64,000 nt of DNA from Microcoleus sp. GTDB taxonomy: Bacteria > Cyanobacteriota > Cyanobacteriia > Cyanobacteriales > Microcoleaceae. The position numbers and the translations under genes are program-made. Shown one piece after another: positions 42,954 to 53,923 of this stretch. The stretch's first letter is position 1. Each line of letters opens with the position of its first letter. A model generated the notes under the pieces. It was not told where the DNA came from and ran no database searches. It saw only the letters and a list, made by a program, of their open reading frames with translations. Location of the stretch: NCBI GenBank assembly GCA_052279835.1, contig CP181291.1, positions 3,712,001 through 3,776,000 of the forward strand. Reading direction: 5' to 3'.

Positions 42954-45827
42954 ATGAAGAAACTCAAACTCGCACTTAATATAATATTTCAGTCAATATT
43001 TTGGCTGTGGAACCTGACATTTTTGTCAATTGTCTATCTAGGTATTTTACCAGTTCTGGCTATACCCTTATTTCAAGCTACCATAGACGGAATTATCCCC
43101 CTGGAATTTTCCTTAACCCTCACCACCCTAATTGCAGTACCTACAATCTCAACCATCATCGGAGCCAGGTATTTAATAAAGCAACCATTGCAGTTAATGC
43201 GACTGTTTTACGGAGTGGAAGCGCCGTTATTTTTGCTTTGCTTAATTCGGTTATTTCTACTGCGAGAACTTACTCCTGCCAGCTCTGTAATAATCGCTAC
43301 TATAGCCTTGTGTATCGGAGCGTTTTTAGTAGAAATTCTTTACGGATACCTGGGAAAAACCGAAAATAGTAGCTCGGAATTATCGGGGTTCCCAAATCAA
43401 CCAAAACCGTTTATATTAACTATATTAATAGGAAAAGAAAATAGTGCCAGGATTCAATTACTATTTCATAGTTTAATGCTCTTGGTTGGTACTTGGGCTG
43501 CCACGTTGCTAATGTTTTACGCTTTACCTGTCGCCATTGTGACCATCGTGGGATTTTTGAGTTTTGCTTGGGTGCAACCACTTATAGAATCTTTGAAATA
43601 CAGTTCATTATCTATAATTTGGTGGCTGCCATTCTCCTTAATTATGTTTGGCTTTACCTCCAGCTTATTCGTGGTAATGCCTTCACTTTACGGATTTCTA
43701 TATCTTCAGTCAGGTTACAAAATATTTCGGAGCTTTGCTACTCAATATGGTAAAAATCAGGCAATTTTCGGAAGTTTAGCAGTAATCGCAACATGGGTAG
43801 CTATTTTTGCAACTTTGCAGCAACAGCCACAAATTCAAGCACTGAAAATGCTAGGGACTCCACCGATTAATGAGAGCAGCAGGCAAACTATATTAGCTAA
43901 ATCTGATAGGATTCGAGCGGGCTTAGTCAACGCTTATTTATCACCTTACCGCTATCTCAGCACAGTGGAAGAAAACAACCACATTTATGAGATGTACAAA
44001 AACACTTTAAATTTGAATAAAGGTGCGGCTCAGGCTGTCCAGAACAGCTATAATTTTTTAATGTCTCCCTTTTTATATCAAGGCTCTGAGGCGGATGTGA
44101 AGAAAGCTGAAAAACTCTACGGTGAATTCTTTGATACGGAATTGCAAAAAGGTGATGCCGAAGCAGTCAAACACGCCGTACAATCCACCTCAAATCGGGA
44201 AGAAGCTAAAGCAGGTTTGCTGAATGTCAATCAAGAAAAAGTATGGTTGCAATCCCAAGAAGTAACAGTCAAAGAACATGGTGATTGGGCTGATATTCAA
44301 CTCTACGAAGTTTACAAAAATCAAACACCCAACTTGCAAGAAGTATTTTATTATTTCTCCTTACCAGAAAGCGCCGCAGTCACAGGAATTTGGCTTGGTG
44401 ATACAGGGGATTTGAAAAAACGTTTTCCATTTACTGTATCGCCACGAGGTGCCGCTCAACAAGTCTACAATCAGCAGGTGAGAGAAAATGTAGATCCCGC
44501 TTTGCTAGAACAAATTGGTCCGAAACAATATCGCTTGCGGGCTTTTCCCATCCCTGCTAAACGAGAATTCAGACAAACTGAGGGGCCCACGGAAATGCAC
44601 CTCTGGCTGACTTACAAAGTGATGCGACAAGCACAGGGTTGGGCGATGCCGAATTTAGCCGAGAAACGCAATATTTTTTGGGACAAAAAGACTCGTCGCA
44701 CTATGGCGGGGAAACAGGTAAACTACAATGGAAAAGAGGCAAAAGAAATTTGGCTTCCAGCATTTTTGCCAGCAGTTGCACCGCCACAAATTATACCACA
44801 TCTAGCTAATTTTCCTGGACAAAATACTATTTTTGCTCAGCCACTGATTGATGTAAATTACTTTTTGCCACAGGTAAAAAAAATAGCCTTGGTGCTGGAT
44901 ACTTCTCGCAGCATGGCGACGGAAACTAAAGAACTCAAGGATAATTTTGAATGGTTAAAAAAGAATATTTTAACCACAAATAATGTAGATTTATATGTGT
45001 CGAGTGCGCCCGGTATGTCCCCGAAGTTGGTAGAAAATTTACGCAGTTTTAATGTAGAAAAGTTAACGTTTTATGGTTCGATTCAATTGAAGGATATCTT
45101 GCAACAGTTTGCCAAGTTGCGCGGCGATCGCACTTATGATAGTGTATTCTTGGTGAGCGATCGGCATAGTTACGAATTATCAGACGATCGCAAAAACACC
45201 GTTTCCATGGCTGCACCGTTGTGGACAGTGCATTTGGGAGGCTTACCACCGGGTTATGACGACGCTACTTTAAAGGTGATTCAAGATAGCGGCGGCGGAG
45301 TTGCTACGGATCTTAAAGAAGCAATGCAGCGAGTGGCGACGACGGCAGCATCTGGCAAGTCTGTAATTAGTGTTGTTGATGGCTATGCTTGGAGTTATGC
45401 CAAAAAGCCGAAATCGGAAAAAACTCAGAAATCGACTGCTACAGAGTTAAAAAATGACAAAAATCAAGGTTTTAAACCCATAGCAGCGCGACAATTAATT
45501 ACAGCACTTAGCAAACAGAAAACTTCCAATCAATTGAGTCAATTGGATGCGATGCACTCCCTGGCAAAAACCTTTAATGTAGTGACACCTTACTCTTCCA
45601 TGATTGTGTTAGTGAATGATGACCAAAGACAGCAGCTAAAACAAGCCGAAGCGAAAAAAGATCGATTTGAACGCGAGGTAGAATCCGGTAAAGAAGAGTT
45701 GACTAAACCCAGCAATCCTTTAAATGTTTCCGGGGTTCCTGAACCAGAAGAATGGCTGCTTTTGGGGCTTAGTGCGATCGGACTTTTGGCAATTTTATAC
45801 CGTCAGCGGCGATCGAAAATAGTATAA
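42954..45827 (+). CDS. PEP-CTERM integral membrane protein with VIT domain (TIGR02921-like)
   Basis: N-terminal TM region, VIT-like FSLPESAAVTG..DPALLEQ, C-terminal VPEP-TM-RQRR sorting signal. Confidence 0.85.
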   Translation: MKKLKLALNIIFQSIFWLWNLTFLSIVYLGILPVLAIPLFQATIDGIIPLEFSLTLTTLIAVPTISTIIGARYLIKQPLQLMRLFYGVEAPLFLLCLIRLFLLRELTPASSVIIATIALCIGAFLVEILYGYLGKTENSSSELSGFPNQPKPFILTILIGKENSARIQLLFHSLMLLVGTWAATLLMFYALPVAIVTIVGFLSFAWVQPLIESLKYSSLSIIWWLPFSLIMFGFTSSLFVVMPSLYGFLYLQSGYKIFRSFATQYGKNQAIFGSLAVIATWVAIFATLQQQPQIQALKMLGTPPINESSRQTILAKSDRIRAGLVNAYLSPYRYLSTVEENNHIYEMYKNTLNLNKGAAQAVQNSYNFLMSPFLYQGSEADVKKAEKLYGEFFDTELQKGDAEAVKHAVQSTSNREEAKAGLLNVNQEKVWLQSQEVTVKEHGDWADIQLYEVYKNQTPNLQEVFYYFSLPESAAVTGIWLGDTGDLKKRFPFTVSPRGAAQQVYNQQVRENVDPALLEQIGPKQYRLRAFPIPAKREFRQTEGPTEMHLWLTYKVMRQAQGWAMPNLAEKRNIFWDKKTRRTMAGKQVNYNGKEAKEIWLPAFLPAVAPPQIIPHLANFPGQNTIFAQPLIDVNYFLPQVKKIALVLDTSRSMATETKELKDNFEWLKKNILTTNNVDLYVSSAPGMSPKLVENLRSFNVEKLTFYGSIQLKDILQQFAKLRGDRTYDSVFLVSDRHSYELSDDRKNTVSMAAPLWTVHLGGLPPGYDDATLKVIQDSGGGVATDLKEAMQRVATTAASGKSVISVVDGYAWSYAKKPKSEKTQKSTATELKNDKNQGFKPIAARQLITALSKQKTSNQLSQLDAMHSLAKTFNVVTPYSSMIVLVNDDQRQQLKQAEAKKDRFEREVESGKEELTKPSNPLNVSGVPEPEEWLLLGLSAIGLLAILYRQRRSKIV

Positions 45828-46059
45828 ACTACGCACGAGCCCAGAAACCGGGTTTTTCACCTAATTTAGAGTGTGTAACCAACTATTTCGTAAAAAACCC
45901 GGTTTCTTTGTCGGAGTGCGTAAATCCTGTAATTACTAAAACTATTGCTATTTTTGCATTTTCTTACTTCCCTCTTCTATAGTGAGTCTAAATAAGTCCT
46001 AAAACTCTCTTCTGTTTCCGTTCTTCGCGTTCTTCGCGCCTTCGCGGTTCGTTATATAA

Positions 46060-46362
46060 CTAATCTATTTCCACAAAAACGCGATCGCCCTCAATCTTGA
46101 TCGGATAAGATTCGAGAGAATCCGCAGGTGCATTCAAACATTTACCGCTATCTAACTTGTACTGATATTTATGAAACGGACAAGTAATGATACCGCCGCT
46201 TACCTTACCCATATCAATCGGATATTCCAAATGAGTGCAAGCATTGCGGTAACAAGTCACATTCGTACCTTGACGATTCAAAATTAGTGAAGTCTCCTCA
46301 ACTTTTACCTTCAATACACCCCATTCGGGAACCTGATTTAGCGCTGTTATTTCTACCCACAT
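46060..46362 (-). CDS. Rieske (2Fe-2S) ferredoxin
   Basis: CTH..CPFH ligand motifs. Confidence 0.9.
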   Translation of the reverse strand: MWVEITALNQVPEWGVLKVKVEETSLILNRQGTNVTCYRNACTHLEYPIDMGKVSGGIITCPFHKYQYKLDSGKCLNAPADSLESYPIKIEGDRVFVEID

Positions 46363-46567
46363 ATGATTTTTTGGTTTAAATAAAAAAGGAACGCCTGAGA
46401 ATTCCCTACAATCGTTTGCACAGAATCTTGCAACAGGTAGCAGAATCTCAACCAGCAGCAACAGCCGATGTGCTAGACTTTCTGTATAGGACGATAGACC
46501 AGGGAGAGGCGATCGCCGATGCCTCAGAAGCCAGTATTCAAGAAATTAAAAGGAGCTGGAATCTGCC

Positions 46568-46771
46568 ATGACTCAACAGCCAAGAATACCCGATTTAGAA
46601 ACTAGACAGCAAAATGTTGCTAGGATGCGAGAATCTTGCCAGCAGCTTGATATTGTCAATTTAAAATTAGATGAAGTGCTCGCAATGTTAGAAGCTGATA
46701 ATCGCCGTCAGCGACAGGAACGTTTAGATGGCAAATATCGCCGAGTGCAAGAAAAAGTAGCTGAGTCATAA
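46568..46771 (+). CDS. Small hypothetical coiled-coil protein
   Basis: 67-aa ORF with AGGAG upstream. Confidence 0.55.
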   Translation: MTQQPRIPDLETRQQNVARMRESCQQLDIVNLKLDEVLAMLEADNRRQRQERLDGKYRRVQEKVAES

Positions 46772-46795
46772 ATTATGTTGGCGCTCCTTAGATTT

Positions 46796-46877
46796 AACGG
46801 ACAAGTAATGATACCGCCGCTTACCTTACCCATATCAATCGGATATTCCAAATGAGTGCAAGCATTGCGGTAACAAG
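46796..46877. repeat. Perfect 82-bp direct copy of the Rieske gene interior (46175-46256)
   Basis: Base-by-base identity from AACGGACAAG to GGTAACAAG. Confidence 0.92.
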
Positions 46878-47093
46878 CTATAATTCGCGATCGCCCGCGT
46901 AATCGATCGCCAACTCCTCTTAAAATCTGACTTGACTGCAAAAGCTGTTGCCAGATCGTTCACACCTGCAAACAATGTTATATCATCCCTAGTTGCGTCA
47001 ACGTTACCATAGGCAACATTTACCAAACGATCGCCCTGTTAAAAAGCTCGGCCTGGTGGGACAATGTTGATATCCCGTCAAATTATTCCCACC

Positions 47094-48461
47094 ATGAATA
47101 ACTGGCCGAAATTCCTGCCCAATCCTACATCATGGGCAAGAGGTTTTGCCTTAAGCATTAGCTTTTGGCTGATTGTTTCCGTATTCCTGCCCAATGCTTA
47201 CTACTATTCTTATGGATTTAGCAGGACTTACTGGCGCACGATCTTCGGCAGATCTGATGTTGATATCATTGTATTTGCTTGGTTGTCCCAAATCTGGTTA
47301 TTTGCTTTCTATCACTGGGCGCTAACTAAGTTTGCAGAATGGGTGGAAATCCGCCGGCACGGGCAGCCAGTGGCAATATCGGCGTGGCAGCACGGTCGAG
47401 AAGGAATTATCGCGTTTCTGACTTTGCCAGCAGCGATCGCGATCGGAATTCCGGCGATCGCCATTTTTATGCTGCCGGTTAGAAGCTCTGGGGGCGCGTT
47501 GATAGCCGTAATTCTAGGAACTGCGATCGCCTCTGCTTACCTGTATTATTTCCGCTTTGGAAAGCTGCTGAAAACTATTATTAAACCTGTCTGGTTTTTT
47601 TATGCAAACCAGCTCAAAATAGTTGAACTTTTGTTAGTTCCAATCCTCACCGGTACTCCCTTTTTCCTGCTAACTATTGCCACAGCCCAAATCGTGCCCA
47701 GGCAGTTACTACCGCTGACAACTTTTTTATTAGTTGTTTGCGTATTTCTGAGTTCCCTAGTCGGATATGCAGCCTTGCAATATTGGTCAGCACATCTCGT
47801 TAATTGGGTCGCGACGTGGTGGCCCGCCGAATCTCCTGGTTACAGCAACCTCCAAACTCGAAAAAGCTGGAAACATAACAAGACAGCAACCAGCAAATCT
47901 TTTATCCACCACAGCACCAGTTGGCACTTAGCAGCTAATGACGCTACCAACTTGATTTATCTAAATGCGATGTCGCTGATTGTTGCTTCGCTCGGTTATT
48001 TGTTGTTTGGAGACTCCCAAGAGTGGTCAAAAACGCAAGAAGAGATTCTGGGATTTGTGGTGGTGGCAGCTTGGATGGCGCTGTGGCATTTCTGGGGATG
48101 GCCGCGCGAAGTAGAAATTGCCAACCGTGAGGGCGAGGCTAAAAAAAGTCGGGGTTCAGCTAAGAAAAAGCGATCGGCCTCCAAATCACCTCCTGCCGAT
48201 CCCATAGAACAAAATCTCAACCAGCTTAAGGCAGAAGCTGGAATGAATCGCATGAAGTCAGTAAGGCAAACGGCGCGGCCAACTCCTGAAGTTGCCGAAT
48301 GGTACGTATTTCGATCGGGTAAAGCCGATGGCCCGTATACTAAATTGCAACTATGGGAAGTTGAGGAAATCACAGCCCGAACTAAAGTGCGGCGCGGGGA
48401 AGCTGAGTGGCAGCGCGCCGGTGAAATTCCAGAACTCGCACCATATCTCAGTCAAAAATAA
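47094..48461 (+). CDS. Multi-TM protein with C-terminal GYF_2 (DUF4339)-like domain
   Basis: Many hydrophobic helices; WYV..G..GPY..L..T.V..G..W..AG.IPEL. Confidence 0.7.
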   Translation: MNNWPKFLPNPTSWARGFALSISFWLIVSVFLPNAYYYSYGFSRTYWRTIFGRSDVDIIVFAWLSQIWLFAFYHWALTKFAEWVEIRRHGQPVAISAWQHGREGIIAFLTLPAAIAIGIPAIAIFMLPVRSSGGALIAVILGTAIASAYLYYFRFGKLLKTIIKPVWFFYANQLKIVELLLVPILTGTPFFLLTIATAQIVPRQLLPLTTFLLVVCVFLSSLVGYAALQYWSAHLVNWVATWWPAESPGYSNLQTRKSWKHNKTATSKSFIHHSTSWHLAANDATNLIYLNAMSLIVASLGYLLFGDSQEWSKTQEEILGFVVVAAWMALWHFWGWPREVEIANREGEAKKSRGSAKKKRSASKSPPADPIEQNLNQLKAEAGMNRMKSVRQTARPTPEVAEWYVFRSGKADGPYTKLQLWEVEEITARTKVRRGEAEWQRAGEIPELAPYLSQK

Positions 48462-48874
48462 GAGACTTCGATCGCCCTTGAATGCAGGACAATGGGTGCG
48501 AGACTTTCCACACCTGAGCACTTAACCATTTTCCTCGCCATTTCCCAGGTACAACCTGACGAATTCATTAGCCGCTTCCAGATTGAATGTCTGCAACGCT
48601 TGCTTAATCGCAAATACCGCCTCAGCGGACGGGGTCTCGCTCCTCACTCACCCAACGGCTAACGTTTGAGCGATCGATTTCCATCTTTGCCGCCAATTGA
48701 TATTGACTGATATCGTATGCCTCTAATATTTTTTTGAGGGCTTTACCTGCTCTTCCCATGCTCCCGATTGTGTCAGAGAGTCACGATTCTGTAAACGTTG
48801 CTGATTGTCATCTAATGCGTTACAGTCAAAATAGTTGACAATTAGCAACTACTAGATCGAGGAAATTTACCGCA

Positions 48875-49138
48875 ATGACTCAAACACAGCTTTTTGTGTC
48901 CACAGATATCAACGAAATCCCGGCATCGCCCACCTTGCAGCCAAATCCAGTGCCTGCTGAACCAAACCGGGAACCTGTGCTGATCCTGGTAATTGGCTCC
49001 CAGAAGGGAATCGATAAAATTGTTAGCGCGCTCTACTTGCGTCGCTTTGCAGCAGTTCAAGAATGGTCGCAGATTGTACCTGCCCCAACTTTCGGCAAGC
49101 TCATGCGGAGTTTGATTCGCTATGTTTCTCTAGATTAG
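48875..49138 (+). CDS. Conserved cyanobacterial hypothetical protein
   Basis: REPV.ILVIGS..L...FA.V.EWS pattern; GAGGA RBS. Confidence 0.6.
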   Translation: MTQTQLFVSTDINEIPASPTLQPNPVPAEPNREPVLILVIGSQKGIDKIVSALYLRRFAAVQEWSQIVPAPTFGKLMRSLIRYVSLD

Positions 49139-49482
49139 ATTGGGCAAAAATGCTCTTTTACATCAGACGCAGTGCTCTGCAAGACTCAATGGGGCGATCG
49201 CATTTTGAATTAAGTGCGATCGTTTCTTCCTTGGCCAATTGCCTAAATTAGCTGATGCTTTCCATCGCACTTTCCTTTAGTTTGCACCATTGCCATTGAT
49301 ATCGAAGCTTTTTATGATGGGAATTTCTGAAGGTGAAGAGGCTACTATTCGCAGGTTTATATCAACTATGATTTGATTTTTATCAAGAACTACATTTGCT
49401 TTTTTTATTATAATTTTTGCCGATAAACAATCGCCTGATTCAGGTTCGGGAGACGACAGAGTTTTATATCCTGCGTCCTCCC

Positions 49483-50151
49483 CTAAGGATGAATCTGACT
49501 CAAAATCACCCGCAACCGATCGTAATCATCCTTCAACAACACACTCAAACTCCTCCCCGCTTCCACCAACCAAGATCGATCGCGCTTTCGCAACTGATAA
49601 ATCTCTCGAATCGCCGCCGCCGTCAGCGCTTCCACCGGCGCATTAGCTACCCCTAACAGCGTCCTCAAAAAATCCAACTGAGCACTAAAATCAATCACCT
49701 CATCCGGTTCACACCGATATACCGCCTGGTGAATTTGTGGTGGCCGTGGCGGAATATACTGATAAATAGTTCCCCGTTGTGGCGCATAACCATTCAAGCT
49801 TTCACCAGCAGTTTCAAAACCCACAATTGCCGCTCGAAACTCAGTCTTTAACATCGCAAAAATCTGCGGTTGTTCCTCCCGCAACTCTTGCAGCGACATC
49901 CCTAATGCCCGCGCTCTGTGCACGGTGTCGATCGGGCTAGTTGTGGCATGATAAACTACTGCTATCACTAGATTTCCCGACTGTTCATCGGTAGCTTTCA
50001 CCCAACTCCCAAAAGGTGGCATCGCCGGAAAACTCAAGTCTTCTGGATCTAAACATTGGGCTAAAAATTCTGTAGTTGCAGTTTCAATAATTTCGCCAAT
50101 ATGGTCGTTTAGACGCTGTTTTTCTGGGAATTGGGGGAGGTTTATACGCAT
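49483..50151 (-). CDS. HAS-barrel domain protein
   Basis: IGEIIETATTEF, PPFGSWV, QYIPPRPPQIHQAV, DDYDRL. Confidence 0.75.
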   Translation of the reverse strand: MRINLPQFPEKQRLNDHIGEIIETATTEFLAQCLDPEDLSFPAMPPFGSWVKATDEQSGNLVIAVVYHATTSPIDTVHRARALGMSLQELREEQPQIFAMLKTEFRAAIVGFETAGESLNGYAPQRGTIYQYIPPRPPQIHQAVYRCEPDEVIDFSAQLDFLRTLLGVANAPVEALTAAAIREIYQLRKRDRSWLVEAGRSLSVLLKDDYDRLRVILSQIHP

Positions 50152-50152
50152 A

Positions 50153-50290
50153 TTGGGAATTGGGAATTGGGAATTAGGAATTAGGAATTGGGAATTGGGA
50201 ATTGGGAATTAGGAATTGGGAATTAGGAATTGGGAATTGGGAATTGGGAATTGGGAATTGGGAATTGGGAATTGGGAATTGGAAATTGGT
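50153..50290 (+). repeat. STRR heptamer tract (GGGAATT/AGGAATT)
   Basis: Long run of visible tandem 7-mers. Confidence 0.92.
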
Positions 50291-50396
50291 TGGTCGTTAG
50301 CTATTAGAAGTAAGTTTGATATAATACTCATAAATAATAGCTAATGACAACCAACTACCGACTAATGACTACTGACTAATGACTAATGACTACTGA

Positions 50397-50588
50397 CTAT
50401 TTTGTTCGGCCTGCGGTAGCATCCACAAGTTCTAATTGCGACAGCCGAAATGAAATTAGTTTGTCCCAATTGCCACCTTCAAATAGTACCGCGACTTTCC
50501 CGTCGGTGACTCGCTGGACAAGTCCTTGAAAGCCGTAGTAAATCTCGACTTTATCTTTCACTCGAACTGCTGAACCTGGAAAAATCAT
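50397..50588 (-). CDS. ndhS: NDH-1 subunit S
   Basis: [35 protein letters not shown]. Confidence 0.92.
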   Translation of the reverse strand: MIFPGSAVRVKDKVEIYYGFQGLVQRVTDGKVAVLFEGGNWDKLISFRLSQLELVDATAGRTK

Positions 50589-50658
50589 ATTTTTTTCAAT
50601 GTTATGTTTGGTGTTTATAGCTTACCGTTTTTTGGCGATCGAGTTCGGAGACGGCACT

Positions 50659-50869
50659 GCCCATTGGTGTCAACTTAAGCTGTCAGCTCGCCAAGCCCGT
50701 CTGTGGGCCCGCGAGTCCTAAGCGTGAATGAATTCCCTGTCTAATAGCGAAAGTCCTCGCTATGAGGACTAATGAGTTCTTCAGTCCTCTTGAGAGGACT
50801 TTCGCTTTGAGACAGGGGTTTCAACCCCTGTCGGACTGTGGAATGAACGTTAAGTTGACACCTATGGGC
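50659..50869. mobile_element. MITE-like element, 211 bp, 20-bp terminal inverted repeats
   Basis: GCCCATTGGTGTCAACTTAA (50659-50678) vs TTAAGTTGACACCTATGGGC (50850-50869), 1 mismatch; internal palindromes. Confidence 0.75.
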
Positions 50870-50886
50870 TTTTGGAGTGTCCTGAT

Positions 50887-51958
50887 TTAAGCTAAGGCTG
50901 CTACAGAAACTTTACCAGCAATCCTACCCGCGATCGCCCGCAATTCCCTCGCCGAAGCAGAACCCGGTTGTCCCACCACAATCGGTACGCCGGAATCCCC
51001 ACCTTCCCGCAACGGAATTTCCAGCGGAATCCGCCCTAACAGCGGCACTCCCAACTCAGCAGCCGTCCTTTCCCCGCCACCGGAACCGAAAATATCATAT
51101 TGCTTATCCGGCATATCCGGCGGCACGAAATAGCTCATATTTTCGACAATTCCCAACACCGACACTCCCAACTGCTGGAACATCTTTAACCCTTTGCGGG
51201 AGTCCAACAGCGAGACAGTCTGTGGCGTAGTCACAATCACCACACCGGCCATTGGTACCGCTTGGGCCATCGTTAACTGCGCGTCTCCTGTACCCGGAGG
51301 CATATCCACAATCAGATAGTCTAAATCGCCCCAATTTACCTGGTAGAGAAACTGCCGGATGATCCCATTCAACATCGGGCCTCGCCAAATTACAGGCTGG
51401 TCTTTCTCAATTAAAAATGCCATCGACACCAATTTGACGCCGTAATTGAAGGCTGGTTGAAGGGTTTCGCCACTTTTTCCCTCTTGAACCATGACTTTGG
51501 CATCACCGAGTCCCAACATTGTCGGGGTCGTTGGGCCCATAGATATCGGCATCTAGCAAACCGACTTTAGCACCGGTTTGAGCCAGGGCTACTGCGACGT
51601 TTACCGCTACTGTACTTTTGCCGACTCCGCCTTTGCCACTGGAAATTGCGATAATATTTTTAACGCCTTCTATGCCTTGGCGATCGCCTACTCCCTTCTG
51701 CTGCGGTGTTTCTGCTGTCACCTCCACAGCTACTGTTTCGACACCGGGCAATTGTTTGACCGCTTTTTTGCAATCATCGACAATAAATTCTCGCAGCGGA
51801 CAAGCTGGCGTTGTCAGCACCAAGGTGAAGCTGACGACTCCGCCGTCGATTTTGATGTTGCGGATCATGTTCAATTCCACCAAACTCTTTTGTAGTTCGG
51901 GGTCTTGGACTGGTCGCAGGATTTCTAAAACTGAACTAACATCAAGTGTATTGGGCAT
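50887..51958 (-). CDS. mrp: Mrp/NBP35 (ApbC/HCF101-like) Fe-S carrier ATPase, +1 frameshift at 51524-51527
   Basis: [30 protein letters not shown]; removing one base of the C4 run gives YGPNDPTMLGL. Confidence 0.9.
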
Positions 51959-52244
51959 TATGTTCTCCACCATAGCTCTGCAATTGGGTCTGTAATTTGC
52001 GATCGATCTTTCAGTATATTTTTATTGCCATTTTTTAATCTAACTTCATAGAGATCTTTTACCGACCAACGGTGGCATAATTACAGTGCCGACAGGATTT
52101 GAGACTCACGGTCAATCTGAAACTCACATCCGACGATCGGCAAGAATTTCTACGACTCAAAGCAATTTGGTAACAAGCGCCGAATTGATCCGTGGTCGCG
52201 ATTCTTCAATTCTTAAATTCTTAAATTCTTCAATCTAAAATCGG

Positions 52245-53264
52245 ATGACAGTTTCTACAACTCTTAAAACAGCGACTTCCCCGTTTTTGCCACCCACTGA
52301 CTCCAGAGCTAGAGTCAGTGAATTTATGAAGACCATACAAGATGAAATTTGTCAAGGTCTAGAACAACTCGACGGCAGCGGCAAATTTAAACAAGATGCT
52401 TGGGAGCGTTCCGAAGGTGGCGGTGGACGTTCTCGTGTCATGCGCGAAGGCGATGTGTTTGAACAAGGCGGAGTAAATTTTTCCCAAGTTTGGGGCGAAA
52501 GTTTGCCTGCTTTGATTTTGGCCAAGCACCCAGAGGCGGCAGGTCACGATTTCTATGCCACGGGTACTTCGATCGTGCTGCACCCCCGTAATCCCTATTT
52601 GCCTACGGTTCACCTAAATTATCGCTATTTTGAGGCGGGCCCGATTTGGTGGTTTGGCGGTGGTATCGATTTGACTCCTTATTACCCGTTTGCTGAGGAT
52701 GCTACTCATTTTCACAACACTCTGAAAGCCGCTTGTGACAAACACCATCCCGCCTATTATCCGGCATTTAAGCTCTGGTGTGATGAATATTTCTATCTCC
52801 CCCACCGCCAAGAAACTCGCGGTGTCGGTGGCATCTTTTTTGACTACCAAAATGGTAAAGGCCCCCTTTACCGCGACCAGAATGTCAAAGGGAAGGCCGC
52901 TGCGTATAGCAACGAAATCGGCAAGCCGGACGATCGCAGTTGGGAGTCGGTGTTTGCGTTTGTGCAAGAATGTGGTAACGCATTTTTACCGGCTTATGTG
53001 CCAATTATTGAAAAACGTCGATCGACAGAATACGGCGAACGGGAGCGCAATTTCCAGCTATACCGTCGCGGTCGCTATGTCGAATTTAACTTAGTGTACG
53101 ATCGCGGTACGACCTTTGGTTTGCAGACAAATGGACGCACTGAATCGATTCTGATGTCCCTACCGCCTTTGGTACGCTGGGAATACTGTTTTGAGCCAGA
53201 ACCCAACTCTCCAGAAGCCGAACTGTACTCCAAATTCTTAAAACCACAAGATTGGGCAAATTAG
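52245..53264 (+). CDS. hemF: Oxygen-dependent coproporphyrinogen III oxidase
   Basis: [39 protein letters not shown]. Confidence 0.97.
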   Translation: MTVSTTLKTATSPFLPPTDSRARVSEFMKTIQDEICQGLEQLDGSGKFKQDAWERSEGGGGRSRVMREGDVFEQGGVNFSQVWGESLPALILAKHPEAAGHDFYATGTSIVLHPRNPYLPTVHLNYRYFEAGPIWWFGGGIDLTPYYPFAEDATHFHNTLKAACDKHHPAYYPAFKLWCDEYFYLPHRQETRGVGGIFFDYQNGKGPLYRDQNVKGKAAAYSNEIGKPDDRSWESVFAFVQECGNAFLPAYVPIIEKRRSTEYGERERNFQLYRRGRYVEFNLVYDRGTTFGLQTNGRTESILMSLPPLVRWEYCFEPEPNSPEAELYSKFLKPQDWAN

Positions 53265-53345
53265 ATGCCTCTGTAGTTACCGACCTGAGTTAAACTACTG
53301 GGAAAGTAACCACCGCGATAGATAATAATTTTGAGGGAAGGGTCA

Positions 53346-53708
53346 GTGATTCATATTGATCAAAAAACCCACACGCTTCAAGACGGTACAACAGTTATCG
53401 TCTTAGCACCGACAGGACGGCTGGACATCACAACAGCTTGGCAATTCCGCCTCAAGTTGCAAGAGTGTATTTCCAAACTCAGCCGCCATGTTGTAGTGAA
53501 TCTTGGTCAGGTTAACTTTATTGATAGTTCTGGCCTGACCTCACTTGTAGCTGGTATGAGGGATGCGGATAAAGTCAAGGGGAGTTTTCGGATTTGCAAT
53601 GTTCATCCAGAAGCCAAACTGGTGTTTGAAGTCACCATGATGGATTCTGTGTTTGAAATTTTTGAGACTGAAGAAGATGCTTTGGAGGGGGTGCCTCGCG
53701 CTAGTTGA
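53346..53708 (+). CDS. Anti-sigma factor antagonist (STAS)
   Basis: GRLDIT, VNFIDSSGL. Confidence 0.9.
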   Translation: MIHIDQKTHTLQDGTTVIVLAPTGRLDITTAWQFRLKLQECISKLSRHVVVNLGQVNFIDSSGLTSLVAGMRDADKVKGSFRICNVHPEAKLVFEVTMMDSVFEIFETEEDALEGVPRAS

Positions 53709-53923
53709 GGACATATTGCATCGGTTGCGATGTAAGCAAATCTGAAGATTGAGAGTCCCATACTCCCAGGAACACAGCAAGGGAAGAACAGGCTGAAGGT
53801 AAATTTTTGCCTTCTGTCCTAGATAACTAAATCTTTCTTCCTTGTTCTTGAATTTCCACCCATCCCCCCACCCCCCTCCCCCCTTGGGTGGGGCACTAGG
53901 GGGGTGGGGGGTGACTTCTTCCT

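Noticed and set aside
46175..46877. Second DGR TR/VR pair
   Set aside because: Copies are 100% identical, with no adenine-specific differences, IMH or lectin-fold target
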